This document shows, piece by piece, positions 1-11,944 of a DNA stretch of 64,000 nucleotides. Both the position numbers and the translations under genes were made by a program. Each line of letters begins with the position of its first letter. Positions within the stretch are counted from its first letter, which is position 1. The stretch lies in NCBI RefSeq assembly GCF_009914755.1, contig NC_060927.1; one strand, given 5' to 3'. Under the pieces are notes generated by a model. That model did not search any database. It saw only the letters and a program-made list of their open reading frames with translations, and had not been told where the DNA came from. Origin of the DNA: the human T2T-CHM13v2.0 reference genome, Homo sapiens.

Positions 1-290
1 AGGAACAGAAAACCAAATACTACATGTTCTCACTTATAAGTGAGAGCTAAAGATTGAGTACACATGAACACAAAGATGGGAAATTAGACACCATGGCCTA
101 CTTGAGGGGGGAAGGTGAGAAGAGAGTGAGTGTCAAAAAACTACCTATGAAGCACTATGCTTACTACTTGGGTGATGAAATAATTCAGACACTAAACCCC
201 AGCGACACACAATCTACGCATGTACCAAACCTGCACATGTACCCCGTGAAACTAAAACAAAAGTTGAAAGAGAAATAAAATAAAATCATC
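1..290 (+). mobile_element. L1 3' end (old L1PA15/16-like), truncated by window start
   Basis: CATGTTCTCACTTATAAGTG...AAACCTGCACATGTACCCC followed by an A-rich tail, typical of an L1 3' UTR. Confidence 0.9.
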
Positions 291-1729
291 GGAAAAAGGA
301 AATAAAATAATAATATAAAATTAATAAAAATATATTGAAAATTAACTTTGTCAACAATTTTGTTAGTCTAATGACCAAACAATGAGAATTGCATGAGGCT
401 AAATAAATATAAACAACACAAAATATCTCTGGTGTTGAATTTTGATTTTTTTAAAATTTTAGTGTTAGAATAGTCTATATTTATGGATTCAGATATACAT
501 CTAAAAGTGCTTGAGAGACTTTATGGATTGCATAGTTGTTTAAATTATATTCTTCTCTTTCTTATAAATTTACTTGCAAAAAATGTATTACTCTCCCCAA
601 CTTACCATGTATTAGACCCAATATCATTAAGACAAGTTGTTGAATTGAAATAAACTTTATTTCAATTTCCTCAAGTAGAATGTCACTGTGTACACATACT
701 ATACGTAAAAAGGAATATGATCAATGATAAATTTTCTTGTGATTTTACTTTCTTCCAGATCAGAGATATCTAGATAAATTCTCTAAATATTTTAGGACCA
801 GAAGGAAAGATTCACAAAAGATTGCTTAATTGGGCAAGATAATGTTCTTAAATAGAGTTTTGTACTATCTTTGAGGACACTTTTTCCTTTGGAAATTTGT
901 TGTGGTGCAATCATCTTGATAAAATAAGCAGTTTGTACTTCTATTTGGTCTTCAGCACTAAGATTTTAGTGCAATACACTCTCTAAACCACTACAACTCA
1001 ATGGCAGGTGGTGTGCCTTGCTCTTCTTTATATTCCAGACATGCAGCAGTGCCTGGAATAGGAAAGGAACCTAAATTACATCTGTCTAAGAGCAAGTCCA
1101 ACAGCTTCTTGCCATTTTCCAACGTATTTGACTGCTGTTTATCATTTCATCCTACTGACCGTTCTATCAGATGTTCTTGTTTTCCACCTAAAACCTTCCT
1201 TTCCTGCCAGGTAACTTTCAATCATGGTCCTAATTTAGTCAATTCTGCTACAGCACATGCCCAGGAAAGATGATGGATCTTCATTAATTTAAATGAATCA
1301 TAGGTAAAATCCGTTTCACTTATCATTGATTGGTTTGGGAATAAATATCTGACTATGCCTTGGACAATGAGCTGTGAAACAGATTGAACATTGGCAGTGA
1401 GGGCATTGTGTCTGGGAAAGGTTTTCTGCGAAGAAAAAGAGCCACAAAAGTAAAACATTTTATTTTTCACTGTGCATTGCCATGTTTGTGTGTTACACTT
1501 GGAACTGAGGCATCTGAAAGCCACAATCTCACATACTGAGGGTGGCACAGCAGAAATGTTGCAGAACTTTGAATCTTTGCCAATTTCAAGCTATCTAAAT
1601 AGTCACTTACACAGCTGAACTCTCTGAAGTTTCTAAAACATGCCTTATGATTTAATCTATTTAAATTTGAACTTTCTTACAGCCGAACTGAATCTAACCA
1701 CACAATAAAGGTATTTTAAAAATCTCTTT

Positions 1730-2230
1730 ATTCTTTAGGCTTATATGACATCGGGCTTGCCTGTTTCTTATAATTATTTAGTTGCAGTTTCCTTCTGTGT
1801 GTCTAACAGTTTGTTTCTGTGTATCTCAGACTTTTCTTAAGGTTTTCTTCTTGGTCCTCTTATAATCTGCCAGCTGTCTTAGCACTTCCACTCACCTTAC
1901 AGCTTGACTTACCAACTCTGTCTTCATAACTACAAAATCTTTTCTAAAGTTTTGACTTCTCTACTTAGCTTCAGGCTCAAGCTTCTTCTTTGTAAGAGAC
2001 TTTTACTCTGGATTCTCATAGATTTCCTCGAACTCATTAGTTCATGTAAAACCTCATAACCTTGCCAACCCCATGCTGTCTTCTCTTGTCTTAGAGTATA
2101 GCCTCCTGAGTGCCTTGGTTCAAAAGCTTCCAGTCATCTTTGTTCTCTTCTTTCTCTCTCTGGGTAATGAGCCACCAAATCCTGATATTTTATGTCTGAA
2201 CTGTGTTCTTAATCTGTCTCTTTTCATTGA
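1730..2230 (+). mobile_element. Degraded L2 fragment
   Basis: Pyrimidine-rich sequence loosely resembling L2 internal consensus. Confidence 0.4.
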
Positions 2231-2518
2231 AGAAAATGGCTGGCACATCAAATGGGTTTGCAGATTTACAAAGTTTTTGGGGTAGAAGTGTGATGTAGAC
2301 TGAGACATGTTTAACTTTCTGGCTTTTGAAATTCATCTCTAATTTTTCTGATTCCTTTTAAGATCCACTACAGGTAATCTGAAGTTTCTCTATAATGTGC
2401 CTAGATTTGAATTACTTTTGTTTTTTGTGTGTGTATGCTTGTAATTTGTTGTACATCCTGAATCATTCATAGAATACATATCTTTCCTCAAATTCATATT
2501 ATTATTTTCTTCCCAAGT

Positions 2519-3510
2519 ATTATTTATTTACTTATTTATTTTTATTTCAATAGCTTTAGGAGTACAAGTGATTTAGGGTTATATGGGTGAATTATGTGGT
2601 GGTGAAATTCATGGATGAATTGTACGGTGGTGGAGTTCATGGATGAATTGTACAGTGGTGAAGAAATTCATGGATGAATTGTATGGTGGTGAACTTCATG
2701 GATGAATTGCACAGTGGTGAAGAAGTTCATGGATGAATTGTACGGTGGTGAAGTTCATGGATGAATTGTACGGTGGTGAAGTTCATGGATGAATTGTACA
2801 GTGGTGAAGTTTATGCATGAATTGTACAGTGGTGAAGTTCATGGGTGAATTGTATAGTGGTGAAGTCTGGGCTTTTAGTGTACCTGACACCCAAATAGCA
2901 TACATTATAACCAATAGATAACTTTTTATTCTTCCTCCCTCTTCTCCCTTTCAATTTCTGAGTCTCCATTGACCATTATTGTCACTCCGTATGCCTCTGC
3001 GTACCCACAGATTAGCTCCCACTTATAAGTGAGAACACCTGGTATTTAGGTTCTTGTTCCTGAGTTACTTCACTCAGAGTAATGGCTTCCAGTTCCATTC
3101 AAGTTGCTGCAAAAGACATTATTTCATTCTTTTTGTATGGCTGGGTAGTATTTCATGGTATAGGTATATACCACATTTTCTTTATCTACTCATCAGTTAA
3201 TGGGCACTTAGGTTGATTCCATATCTTCGCAATTGTGAATTATGCTGTGATAAACATATGCATGCCAATGTCTTTTTGGTATAATGAGTTCTTTTCCTTT
3301 GGGTAAATACCCATTAGTGGTATTGCTGAATTGAATGATAGATCTACTTTTAGTTCTTTGAGAAATCTCCATACTGTTTTCCAAAGAGGTTGTACTAATT
3401 TACTTGACTAGGAGCAGCATATAAGCACTCCCTTTTCACATCTGGACTAACATCTATTGTGTTTTGACTTTTTAATAATGGCCATTCTGGGTCGGGTAAA
3501 GTAGTATCTC
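2519..3510 (-). mobile_element. L1PB 3' portion (sense half of a 5'-inverted insertion)
   Basis: T-rich tail, then TTTTATTTCAATAGCTTTAGGAGTACAAGTG..., CCCACTTATAAGTGAGAAC, ending in ORF2 3' sequence. Confidence 0.9.
2583..2868. repeat. Minisatellite, 10 copies of a 28/31-bp unit ATGGATGAATTGTACRGTGGTGAAGTTC
   Basis: Units counted directly, starting at 2583, 2611, 2639, 2670, 2698, 2729, 2757, 2785, 2813, 2841. Confidence 0.97.
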
Positions 3511-4015
3511 ATCTCTCACTATATACAAAAATTAAGTCAAGATGGATTAAGATTTAAGTCCAAGGCTGCAAACCATAGAAATTCTAGAAGAAAACTTAGG
3601 AAAAACTCTTCTGGACATTGGCCTAGACAAAGAATTTATGAATAAGACCCCAAAAGCAAATGGAACATAAACAAAAACAAATGAATGGGACCTGTTTAAG
3701 CTAAAAAGCTTCTGTACAGCAAAAGAAATATTCTACAAACAGGTAACCTACAGGATGGGAGAAAATATTTGCAAACTGTATTTCTGACAAAAGACTAATA
3801 TATCTAGGAACTACAAGGAGCTCAAACAAATCAGAAAGAAAAAAAGAAAAACAAATAATCCCATTAAAAAGTGGGCAAACAATATGAACAGATATTTATC
3901 TCGAATTCCTGACCTCAAGTGATCCACTCGACTCGGCCTCCCAGAGTGTTGGGATCACAGGCATGAGCCGCCACGCCTGGCCAGAAGATATTTATCTAAA
4001 GAAGATACACAAATG
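3511..4015 (+). mobile_element. L1PB ORF2 segment (inverted half of the same insertion)
   Basis: ATATACAAAAATTAAGTCAAGATGGATTAA...AAAGCTTCTGTACAGCAAAAGAAA...AAGAAGATACACAAATG matches L1 ORF2 in the opposite orientation. Confidence 0.88.
3899..3982 (-). mobile_element. Alu 5' fragment (~84 bp, no poly-A tail)
   Basis: TCTCGAATTCCTGACCTCAAGTGATCC...GAGCCGCCACGCCTGGCC is the reverse complement of the Alu 5' end; flanked by AGATATTTATCT at 3890-3901 and 3986-3997. Confidence 0.92.
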
Positions 4016-4264
4016 TCCGTATTTAATATTTGCTCTTCAAATTCTGCTTCCCCTTCATTCTTTCTGTTATTTCCTTTTGGGACAATACAGCACATGATTT
4101 TTTTTTTTTCATTTCTACATACTACTGTATGAGTCTTCACTTAGGTTTTTTTTTTCCACAATTGTGTTTTATCAAACTGAAGTAAATTCATAAAAACCTA
4201 CCACAAATGGAAATGTGGTATCAGGAACCAAAATAGCAATACTTGTACCAGTTTCTGATCTAAG

Positions 4265-4455
4265 TATTTATACATATTAACACAAATTTTGTCCTCAAAA
4301 TAACCCTTTCTACTATTATTATTATCATCCCTACTTTAGAAATAGAGTAAATGTGACACAGAGGAAAGAAACGGCTTGTCTTCAGTCATACGGCTAGTAA
4401 GGAAGGGATAGAATGAGAAATTGAAAACAGGCTTCAGAACTATTCTTAAGCACCA
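4265..4455 (-). mobile_element. MIR SINE
   Basis: ATTATCATCCCTACTTTAGAAATAGAG...CACAGAGG...GCTAGTAAG resembles the MIR core. Confidence 0.7.
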
Positions 4456-4593
4456 CACGCCACAGTAATACATTGCACTATCCCATGTGTTACCTTTTCA
4501 AGGTTTTCAGATAATTCTTTGTGAACTAAAAGAAATAACTTAGTAACCAGAATTCAATTTTATTCAATTCAAAAAATATAAATTGAATGCAGG

Positions 4594-4641
4594 CAGCTAG
4601 CTAATGATCAGCTTTGAAGAGAGCTGATCATTAGCTAGCTG
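4594..4641. repeat. Perfect 20-bp inverted repeat with 8-nt loop
   Basis: CAGCTAGCTAATGATCAGCT (4594-4613) is the exact reverse complement of AGCTGATCATTAGCTAGCTG (4622-4641). Confidence 0.97.
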
Positions 4642-4703
4642 TGATCTTCTTTTTAACTAAAAAAATTAAAAGTCTGCATCTAAAATGAGAAAAAGAAATA
4701 TCC

Positions 4704-4704
4704 C

Positions 4705-4736
<32 letters not shown>

Positions 4737-4756
4737 ATACACACACACACGTATAT
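4704..4756. repeat. (TA)n(TG)n-TATA-(CA)n compound microsatellite
   Basis: Seen directly; uninterrupted alternating purine/pyrimidine tract. Confidence 0.95.
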
Positions 4757-5410
4757 TTTTCACAGTGTTTTCTGAAGTTTTGCGCTCTAGTGTTATTAAT
4801 AACCAAGAACACAGAAAGAAGGTGCCTACTATCCACAAGTTGTATAATACAACGCAATCAAATATATAATACATTTTAATCTTTGCATTTGAAATGCAAA
4901 CATCATTGTGAAGTACAGCCTAAGTGTATTTTTGAATTTATTAAAAACGTAGGCGTTACTGAATCTAGAGATAGTAACATGATGCCACATTACACTTTGA
5001 AAATGCAAAATCATTTTCCTCCAGGGGGAAGATAGAATGGGAGTCCTAGTTGACCTTCATATAATTTTTAGAAGATGGAGCACTTCAACTTCTTCCACTC
5101 ATGAAAAGAGAGGTGGTAAGCTGACAGAAACAATTTCTTTTTATTTACTGGCCATTACAGTTGTAAAATACTGCAGACGTGAGCCTAACATAAATCAGTT
5201 CTCCTCAGATGAATATGCCTTAAGAGAGGCTTTCTGCCAAGGTTTCTTCACCTTGGCCATATCTCTCTGGAGTACTCTTGATCTGTCTCTGGCAGCCCTT
5301 TTGAATTTATTTTGTGTTTAATTCCAAATAATCCTCAATCAGAAAACAAAAATGGAGGCTCAATGCTCTACGGCTGAAAGGAACTTCAGAGGTTATATCA
5401 GTTCTATCAT

Positions 5411-5790
5411 CTGTATCAGAATTCTTTCTGCTACAAGCAACAGAAAACACTGCTCAAACTTGCTTAAGCAAAAAAGAAATTGATTATCTCTGTAAAGTAA
5501 TAGTTCAAATATATGTCATGCTTCAGATGAGGCTTGATCTAGTGGTTCAAAAAGCTCATGAAGGCCAGCATCACTTTCCCTTAGTTTATTCTTCCGTTTA
5601 TAGTATGTGCCTCATTTTTGGAGTCTTTATGACTCCCATCATGAGAAGACGGCATGCACTGATTAACTTTAGCCACACGGAGTCCATTCTTTTTTTGGGC
5701 AGTACAGCCAATACTACCCAGACCATATGGTTTCTCTACAAATGGAAATTCACAATGCTAAAAGGAGTGGGGAAAATGGATGCTGGGGAA
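5411..5790 (-). mobile_element. Old MaLR LTR (MLT1J/K-like) apparently splitting a MIR
   Basis: TGTATCAGAATTCTTTCTGCTACAAGCAACAGAAAAC...GCTTAAGCAAAAAAG; MIR-like pieces near 5370-5405 and 5810-5845. Confidence 0.5.
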
Positions 5791-6389
5791 GAAGTCAAAA
5801 GATACCCATATCATCAACCCCATCGTTTTACAGATGAAAAAGAGACGTTTCAGAGCTACAAGATGGAAGGAGACCATCTGTTCTAAAACTACATTTATGT
5901 GACCAGAAGGAAATGTTAATTTTATTAAGCCAATGAGATGTCAAGGTTTATTTCTAACATTGGGGAAATGGAAAGTTTTCTCAGTCATCTTTTCAGTCTT
6001 GAGTTTGAGTTTCAGTCATTGACCTAGAATACACATCCCAGATCTTGCTCTCAGAGAACTCATGCTTTAATTCTTAATCTCTTTGGTGTTTAGTCTTCTG
6101 AGTGATTGCTTGAGGTTTCTACTTAGCAAAATGGGGACAATGAGGAATGTGTACCAAGATGAAAGAAACGCTTCATTGATAAATTAGATAGCACCTGCAC
6201 ATGCAGAGTTACAGTTGCATTTCTTACTGGCTTCGCCACATCACTTCTTACTCCTTGAAGTCATATAAGGAAAGCTTTTTTCTTTTTTAAAGTAGGGCAT
6301 CAGTGGAATGACATGCCTTTTGAGACAGGGAACACAGCCTCATGGAAAATGCTCAAGCAATATATGAAGCTATTGGCTGCTTTGTATAA

Positions 6390-6645
6390 GATTCATTTAC
6401 ACAATATTTATTTAGGTCCACTCTGTGTCAGGCTATCTTCTGAGTACTTTTTATATGTGTGAACAAGGTAGACAGAAAGTCTTGCTCTCATTGTATGTGC
6501 ATTCTAATGATACAGAAAGAAAATAAATATGTAAAATATACATCAAATAGTGTGGGTACCATGGGGACAAATAAAGCAGGAGAAGGAGATGAGGAAAATG
6601 GTATGGGATGAATGTTTGCCTTGGCTAAGAGCCTGAATGAGATAA
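6390..6645 (-). mobile_element. L2 3' end
   Basis: ATTCATTTACACAATATTTATTTAGG...TGTGTCAGGC...GTGAACAAG...CTTGCTCTCAT. Confidence 0.65.
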
Positions 6646-6959
6646 ATTTTCAGATAAATGTCTGATTCAGTTGTATAATTACTTAATTCTAGGACATGGT
6701 CTTGCTTATAATGGAAATTTAGGCCAATAAAATGAGACGTTAAACATAGGACTGTCTCTAGGTAACCTGGCTTCTTATGAACACTCCTGAATGACTTTCT
6801 CCCTCTCCCTCTTCAAGTTCTTGTTTGGGTGCCACTATCTGTATGAGGCCTATGTTGACCAGTTCATTTGTAAACCTGACATCTGCTCACTCTTCATTCC
6901 ACTTCCCAGCTCCACTTTTATTTCATAGTTTCCACAGTGATTATTACTTCTTAGCACCT

Positions 6960-7490
6960 TATCTAATCTATCTATCTATACATAATATACATAATATATA
7001 TAATATATAATATATAATTAATTATATATAGTTATAATTACTTATATATAATCTCATTATATTATATATAATATATAAAATATATGAATATATAATTATA
7101 TTTATAATTAATTATATATAATATAATATAATGAGGATTATATATAATATATAAAATTATATATTATGTAATATATTAAATACATATATAGCTACATAAT
7201 TATTAATTATTATATGATTATAATTAATATATAATATATAATATGATTATATTATGTATAATATAATAATATAATATGTAATAAAATACCCATTATACAT
7301 TATATATAGTGTAATAAAATATATCTTATATTAATCATATATAGACAGAAAATACCCATTATACATTAGATTATATAATAGTATAACAGGTATTTTATTA
7401 CACATTAATAATATCATACATGTACATATATGATGTATAATGGATATTTTATATATACATATATAATGTTTAATGGGTATTTTCTGTCTG
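6960..7490. repeat. AT-rich low-complexity expansion with internal direct and inverted copies
   Basis: About 500 bp almost entirely A/T; see findings. Confidence 0.95.
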
Positions 7491-7610
7491 TTCATATAAG
7501 AATTTAAGTTTCATAAGACAGGCTATTTGCCCACTTTTAATTGTGTATCTCCAGTACCTAGAAGAATTCTTAACACATACTAAGCAGTCAATAAATATTT
7601 GTGGAAGGGA
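7480..7610 (+). mobile_element. L2a 3' end
   Basis: TGTATCTCCAGTACCTAGAA...AGTCAATAAATATTTGTGGAA. Confidence 0.7.
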
Positions 7611-7639
7611 GACAGGAAGGGAGGGACAGAGAAGCTGTA

Positions 7640-7815
7640 TAGTATACTAGGCAAGAGCACACATGTTGGAGATAAGACAGTCTTGGGTCAAGTTGACTCG
7701 TAGTCAAGTAATACCTTTTTGAGCCTTAATTTATACACTATAAAATGAATGTCAGTAATATTGTTTTCCTGGGAAAAAAAAGCATTGTAGGAATGACATA
7801 AAATAATATAATATA
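7640..7815 (+). mobile_element. MIR SINE
   Basis: GAGCCTTAATTT...CTATAAAATGAATG core-like sequence. Confidence 0.5.
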
Positions 7816-8928
7816 TGAAGGTCTTCTCCTATTCCTTAGTCGAAATAAGTAAGAGTTACTCCCGTTCCTGTTGGTCATATTGTGTTAGTGCTATTATTTC
7901 TTCATCCAGCAGATATTATTAATTAGCTGTCTAATAATGTATCAGGCACAGTGCAAGGCAAATGGTGAAATCAGCAAATTGCTGGATCCTCTCCTCTGGC
8001 CCTATAGTACTGGAGCTCCATTCTCTCTGCCAGAGTTTTGTTTCCAGGCGTAGAATCTTCCAAATAGTGAATCTTAAATCTGGTGATATATTTCAAGGCC
8101 TCAGAGGATTTTTAAAAATACGTAGATCCATAGGGATGGAGAGGATCATGTCGTAATTCTTATGGAGCAGGTCTGGAAGAGAGAAGTATGAAGGTGCATT
8201 TTTAGCAGTTTAAGAATGACCTTCTTCCTTTTTACTAAAATAACTACATTTTATAATAAAGTTTTAGAAAACACCACTCTGAAATATTATGGTTGTTCAA
8301 AGATGGTACCAGTAAGACATATTTTCACTCCAGCAGTGAACTTTTTAGACCAAATCCATGTTTAAAAGAAGAAAGCAATCTTTAAGAAGATAAGTAGAGG
8401 TAGTTGAGGGAGATTTTTAAAGTGATTATGGAGTGTGAAGAAACACTCTAAACCTCTCAAATAATATTTGATAAAAGATCACCTTCTTCTCTCTAGCTGG
8501 GAGTTAACTATTGATGCCTTTTTCTATTTTGAGGATTTTTTCCTCTAGATTAAAAGGAAAGAATCTCCAGTCCCTGTGAACTTGTGCAAAGAGGTTGAAA
8601 AGGAGCAAGCCTCCCTGTTATGCCACATGGGTATCTTTCATCCATAGGCAATTTGGCTCCGGGGCTGCAGAACACTTCTGGCCCATCTGGAAAGCTACTG
8701 AGAGCAAGAGAACTGAAAGGCACATCTTTAATTTTCATTTCCTAGACTTCGCATAACTCAGCCTTGGGCCAAAACACATCATAGTCAACTCAGAGATTTT
8801 GGCCCTACCTTTGGTGTCTTATGAAATTCAGTGTCAGAAGAGATTGAACAGGACTGTTCTACCTTTATCTAGGAAAACTACCTGGAAGGAAATATCAGCC
8901 GAGAATTTATTTTTTATTTTAAGAAAAA

Positions 8929-8931
<3 letters not shown>

Positions 8932-8978
<47 letters not shown>

Positions 8979-8990
8979 ACTCTCTCTGCC
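8932..8990. repeat. (CT)n microsatellite
   Basis: Seen directly. Confidence 0.97.
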
Positions 8991-9884
8991 TATAGATACA
9001 AATGTTAAAGATGGGTTTTATCTGATGAGGGGAGATAGTAGTTGGGCATTCAGATTCCTCAAAAGCAGGAAGGAGGTAATTTATTGACAGAAGAAGCACC
9101 TATGTCTACAAAACAAAACATGATCTATGGTCCTCTGTGTATAAAGGAGAATGGGAAGAAACACCAGAGACAAGTATTAAGTTCCCAAGGGGCTAAAGAG
9201 ATACAAGACTTTAAAAAGGTAAATGAAGACAACATAGGTGATGAGGAAATTAAGGAGATTGACATGAAATGAGATTATAGTTCTAGGAGAAATCCCATAA
9301 CTGATAGGAAAAAAAAGAATTTCTGAAACCGAAATCTGGCTAACATTTAGAAGGGAAAAACCAAATGCCAAAGAGACAAAGAAAAATCTAATAATCGTCA
9401 TTGTGTGCAAAGGATTTAATAATGATAAAGAAACTAGATGCCAGATTGCAAAATGGCACATACTCTAGGAGGTTACCACACTGTGGAGCTCCAATAATAG
9501 TGTCCTGCTCTATATCCAGAGACAAAATTACTGACCTACCATCTGTTTTAGCAGCCACAAGGATTCATTTGGACATTCCTGTTTACACCCCTACCACACA
9601 TTTTCAAGACAAGAGCCTGTGGCTCTCATTTGTTCCTCTAGCCGACATCAATTTTTTACATGAGAATGGAACTCAGTCTCGGGTCATTTGCACTGGCTGG
9701 GCTAACCAGTAAGAGATACTGCATCATGTAATAAAGATAATGACATTTTAGAAGGGGCATGGCAACTGATTATGCGTGATGGGTCTTGAACCATAAGGGC
9801 ATTGTCTTTGAGAAGTAGATAAATGTCTAGAAAGGAAACTAAAAGCACTAACTTTGGCATTTTATTCATTGCATGGGTTTAGAC

Positions 9885-10109
9885 CAATGGTTCTCAACTG
9901 ATGGGGTACTTTTGCTCCACAGAGAACATTTAACAATGTATACAGGCCTTTTCATTGTCACAGCTTGAGGGGGAAGGGGCGGTCACTACTGTCATGTGAT
10001 AGTAGAGGCCAGGGATGCAGCTAAACGTCCTACAGCGCACATCATGGCTCCTCAACAACATAGACTCATCTGCCCCAAAATATCAACAGCGCCAAGGAGA
10101 AGAATCCTG
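9885..10109 (+). mobile_element. MER20 (hAT-Charlie), full length
   Basis: CAATGGTTCTCAACTG...GTAGAGGCCAGGGATGCAGCTAAAC...AATCCTG; 8-bp TSD GTTTAGAC / CTTTAGAC. Confidence 0.9.
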
Positions 10110-10255
10110 CTTTAGACAAATACTTCCATTTATTTGTCTTTTTTGTCCTCTCCTTACAAGAGAATAATATCTTACGTGGTTGATGTAGAGAATCAATAAG
10201 ATGAATCAATACATACAAGTGCCTGAAAAGTGGTAGGTAGTCACTGCATTTTGAA

Positions 10256-10576
<321 letters not shown>

Positions 10577-11944
10577 TGAATATGAATAAATGAATATTTA
10601 AAACTATGCTTGTCAAATTTTAATGTGATTCTAAGTCTATGAAGCAGTTTGGAATAGGATTTTGAGTGTAAGGAGCTTCACATTTTAAATTACATCAAAC
10701 TACATCAGGTAGAAGAAAGGAGTAAATTTTTGCATTTTATGTAATTATAAGTAAATAAGTATTTCCTACTCTGTAGCAGCATGGACTAAAACTTTTTACA
10801 AGAAGTGTTCATCTTTTTCTCACCACCTCCAAAAGTATTCCTCAAAAAATGTGTATGGACAATTTAATGTAAATCAACTTAAGTCATTGACAAACATCAC
10901 CTTGTCTTTAACATGCTAATATGTGCTGCAGATGTTGGACAGAGGATATGGTATTTTCTAAAAGGTATTTGATTATGGCAGCCCTCTTTTTCAATATGTC
11001 TTTTAACATCTCACATTAAACTAAATTATTTGAACATAGTTTGGGAAATGCTGAGGAGAAGAAAGGAAGAAAGGGAGGGAAGAAAGGCAGACAGAAAAAA
11101 TATATTCATATCATCCCCAGGCAGGTGTGCAGGAAAGCAGCCTGTGGCATGACAAGAGTGACACTGTCTTGAAAAGAAACCATGATGATGACAGACATTT
11201 GAATCCTGCATATCAAGCTATTCTGCAGCAGGGTCTTAAAACAGTGCCTACAGCATAAATCACCCCTCAGAAAGATGCTTATCTAACTTCCTCAGTAACA
11301 AGAAAGCATGAGATGTGACCAGCTTTGTATGTTTTATGCTAAAAACTTCTACAGAAATGAAAATTTTCTGGAAGGCTGGAGCTGAGATCTACCATCTCCA
11401 GTCCACCCAAGACATTCCTTTCATTTGTAAGCCCCTCTTGAATATTTTCTTTCTGAGAAACTATTTGTCAGCTTCTTTCTTTGGTCTCTCAGCTCCCTCT
11501 CAGCCTTCGGGGGTAGGTTTTTATATACCTGCTCACCATGAAACAAGGTGAAATGACCAGGTGCAAATGAAATGCTATACCTATAATCATTAAGGCATAA
11601 ACACATGTCATCAAGAATGGGGAAAGCCACTATCTGGAACAGGAAACAATGAAGAAAGAGAGAGAGAGCCAGAGATTTGATCAGGAAGACCCGAGGGAGA
11701 CAAATACACTTAAGTTGCCCTCACCTTGACTGTGTTGAGCTAATCAAATGAAATACAGTGCTAAGAATTGGATTTGGAAACACAACGAAAATTACTCATC
11801 ACAGCTATGATACTCTTTTTCTAACCTTCATGTACACATTCAGCCAAGCTGCTCTTTCTCATCATATTCTGGAGTCTTTTTCAAAGCCGTGAGTCAGAGA
11901 ATCTGGAGAAATTGTAGTAAAGGTGAAACTTGTCTACTCTGTTT

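Noticed and set aside
740-845. Isolated splice-site-like motifs (acceptor at ~758, also ~8548, ~21393, ~25615; minus-strand donors at ~605, ~1896, ~57988)
   Set aside because: No convincing partner site or reading frame; such motifs are frequent by chance
2583-2868. 28-bp repeat array as a CRISPR-like locus
   Set aside because: Units are head-to-tail with no spacers, derive from an L1 3' UTR, and there are no cas genes; the DNA is primate
1001-9712. Short ORFs of 60-122 aa in unique or old-repeat DNA (e.g. 5518-5886, 9401-9712)
   Set aside because: No recognisable domain, many lack an ATG start, and lengths fit random ORFs
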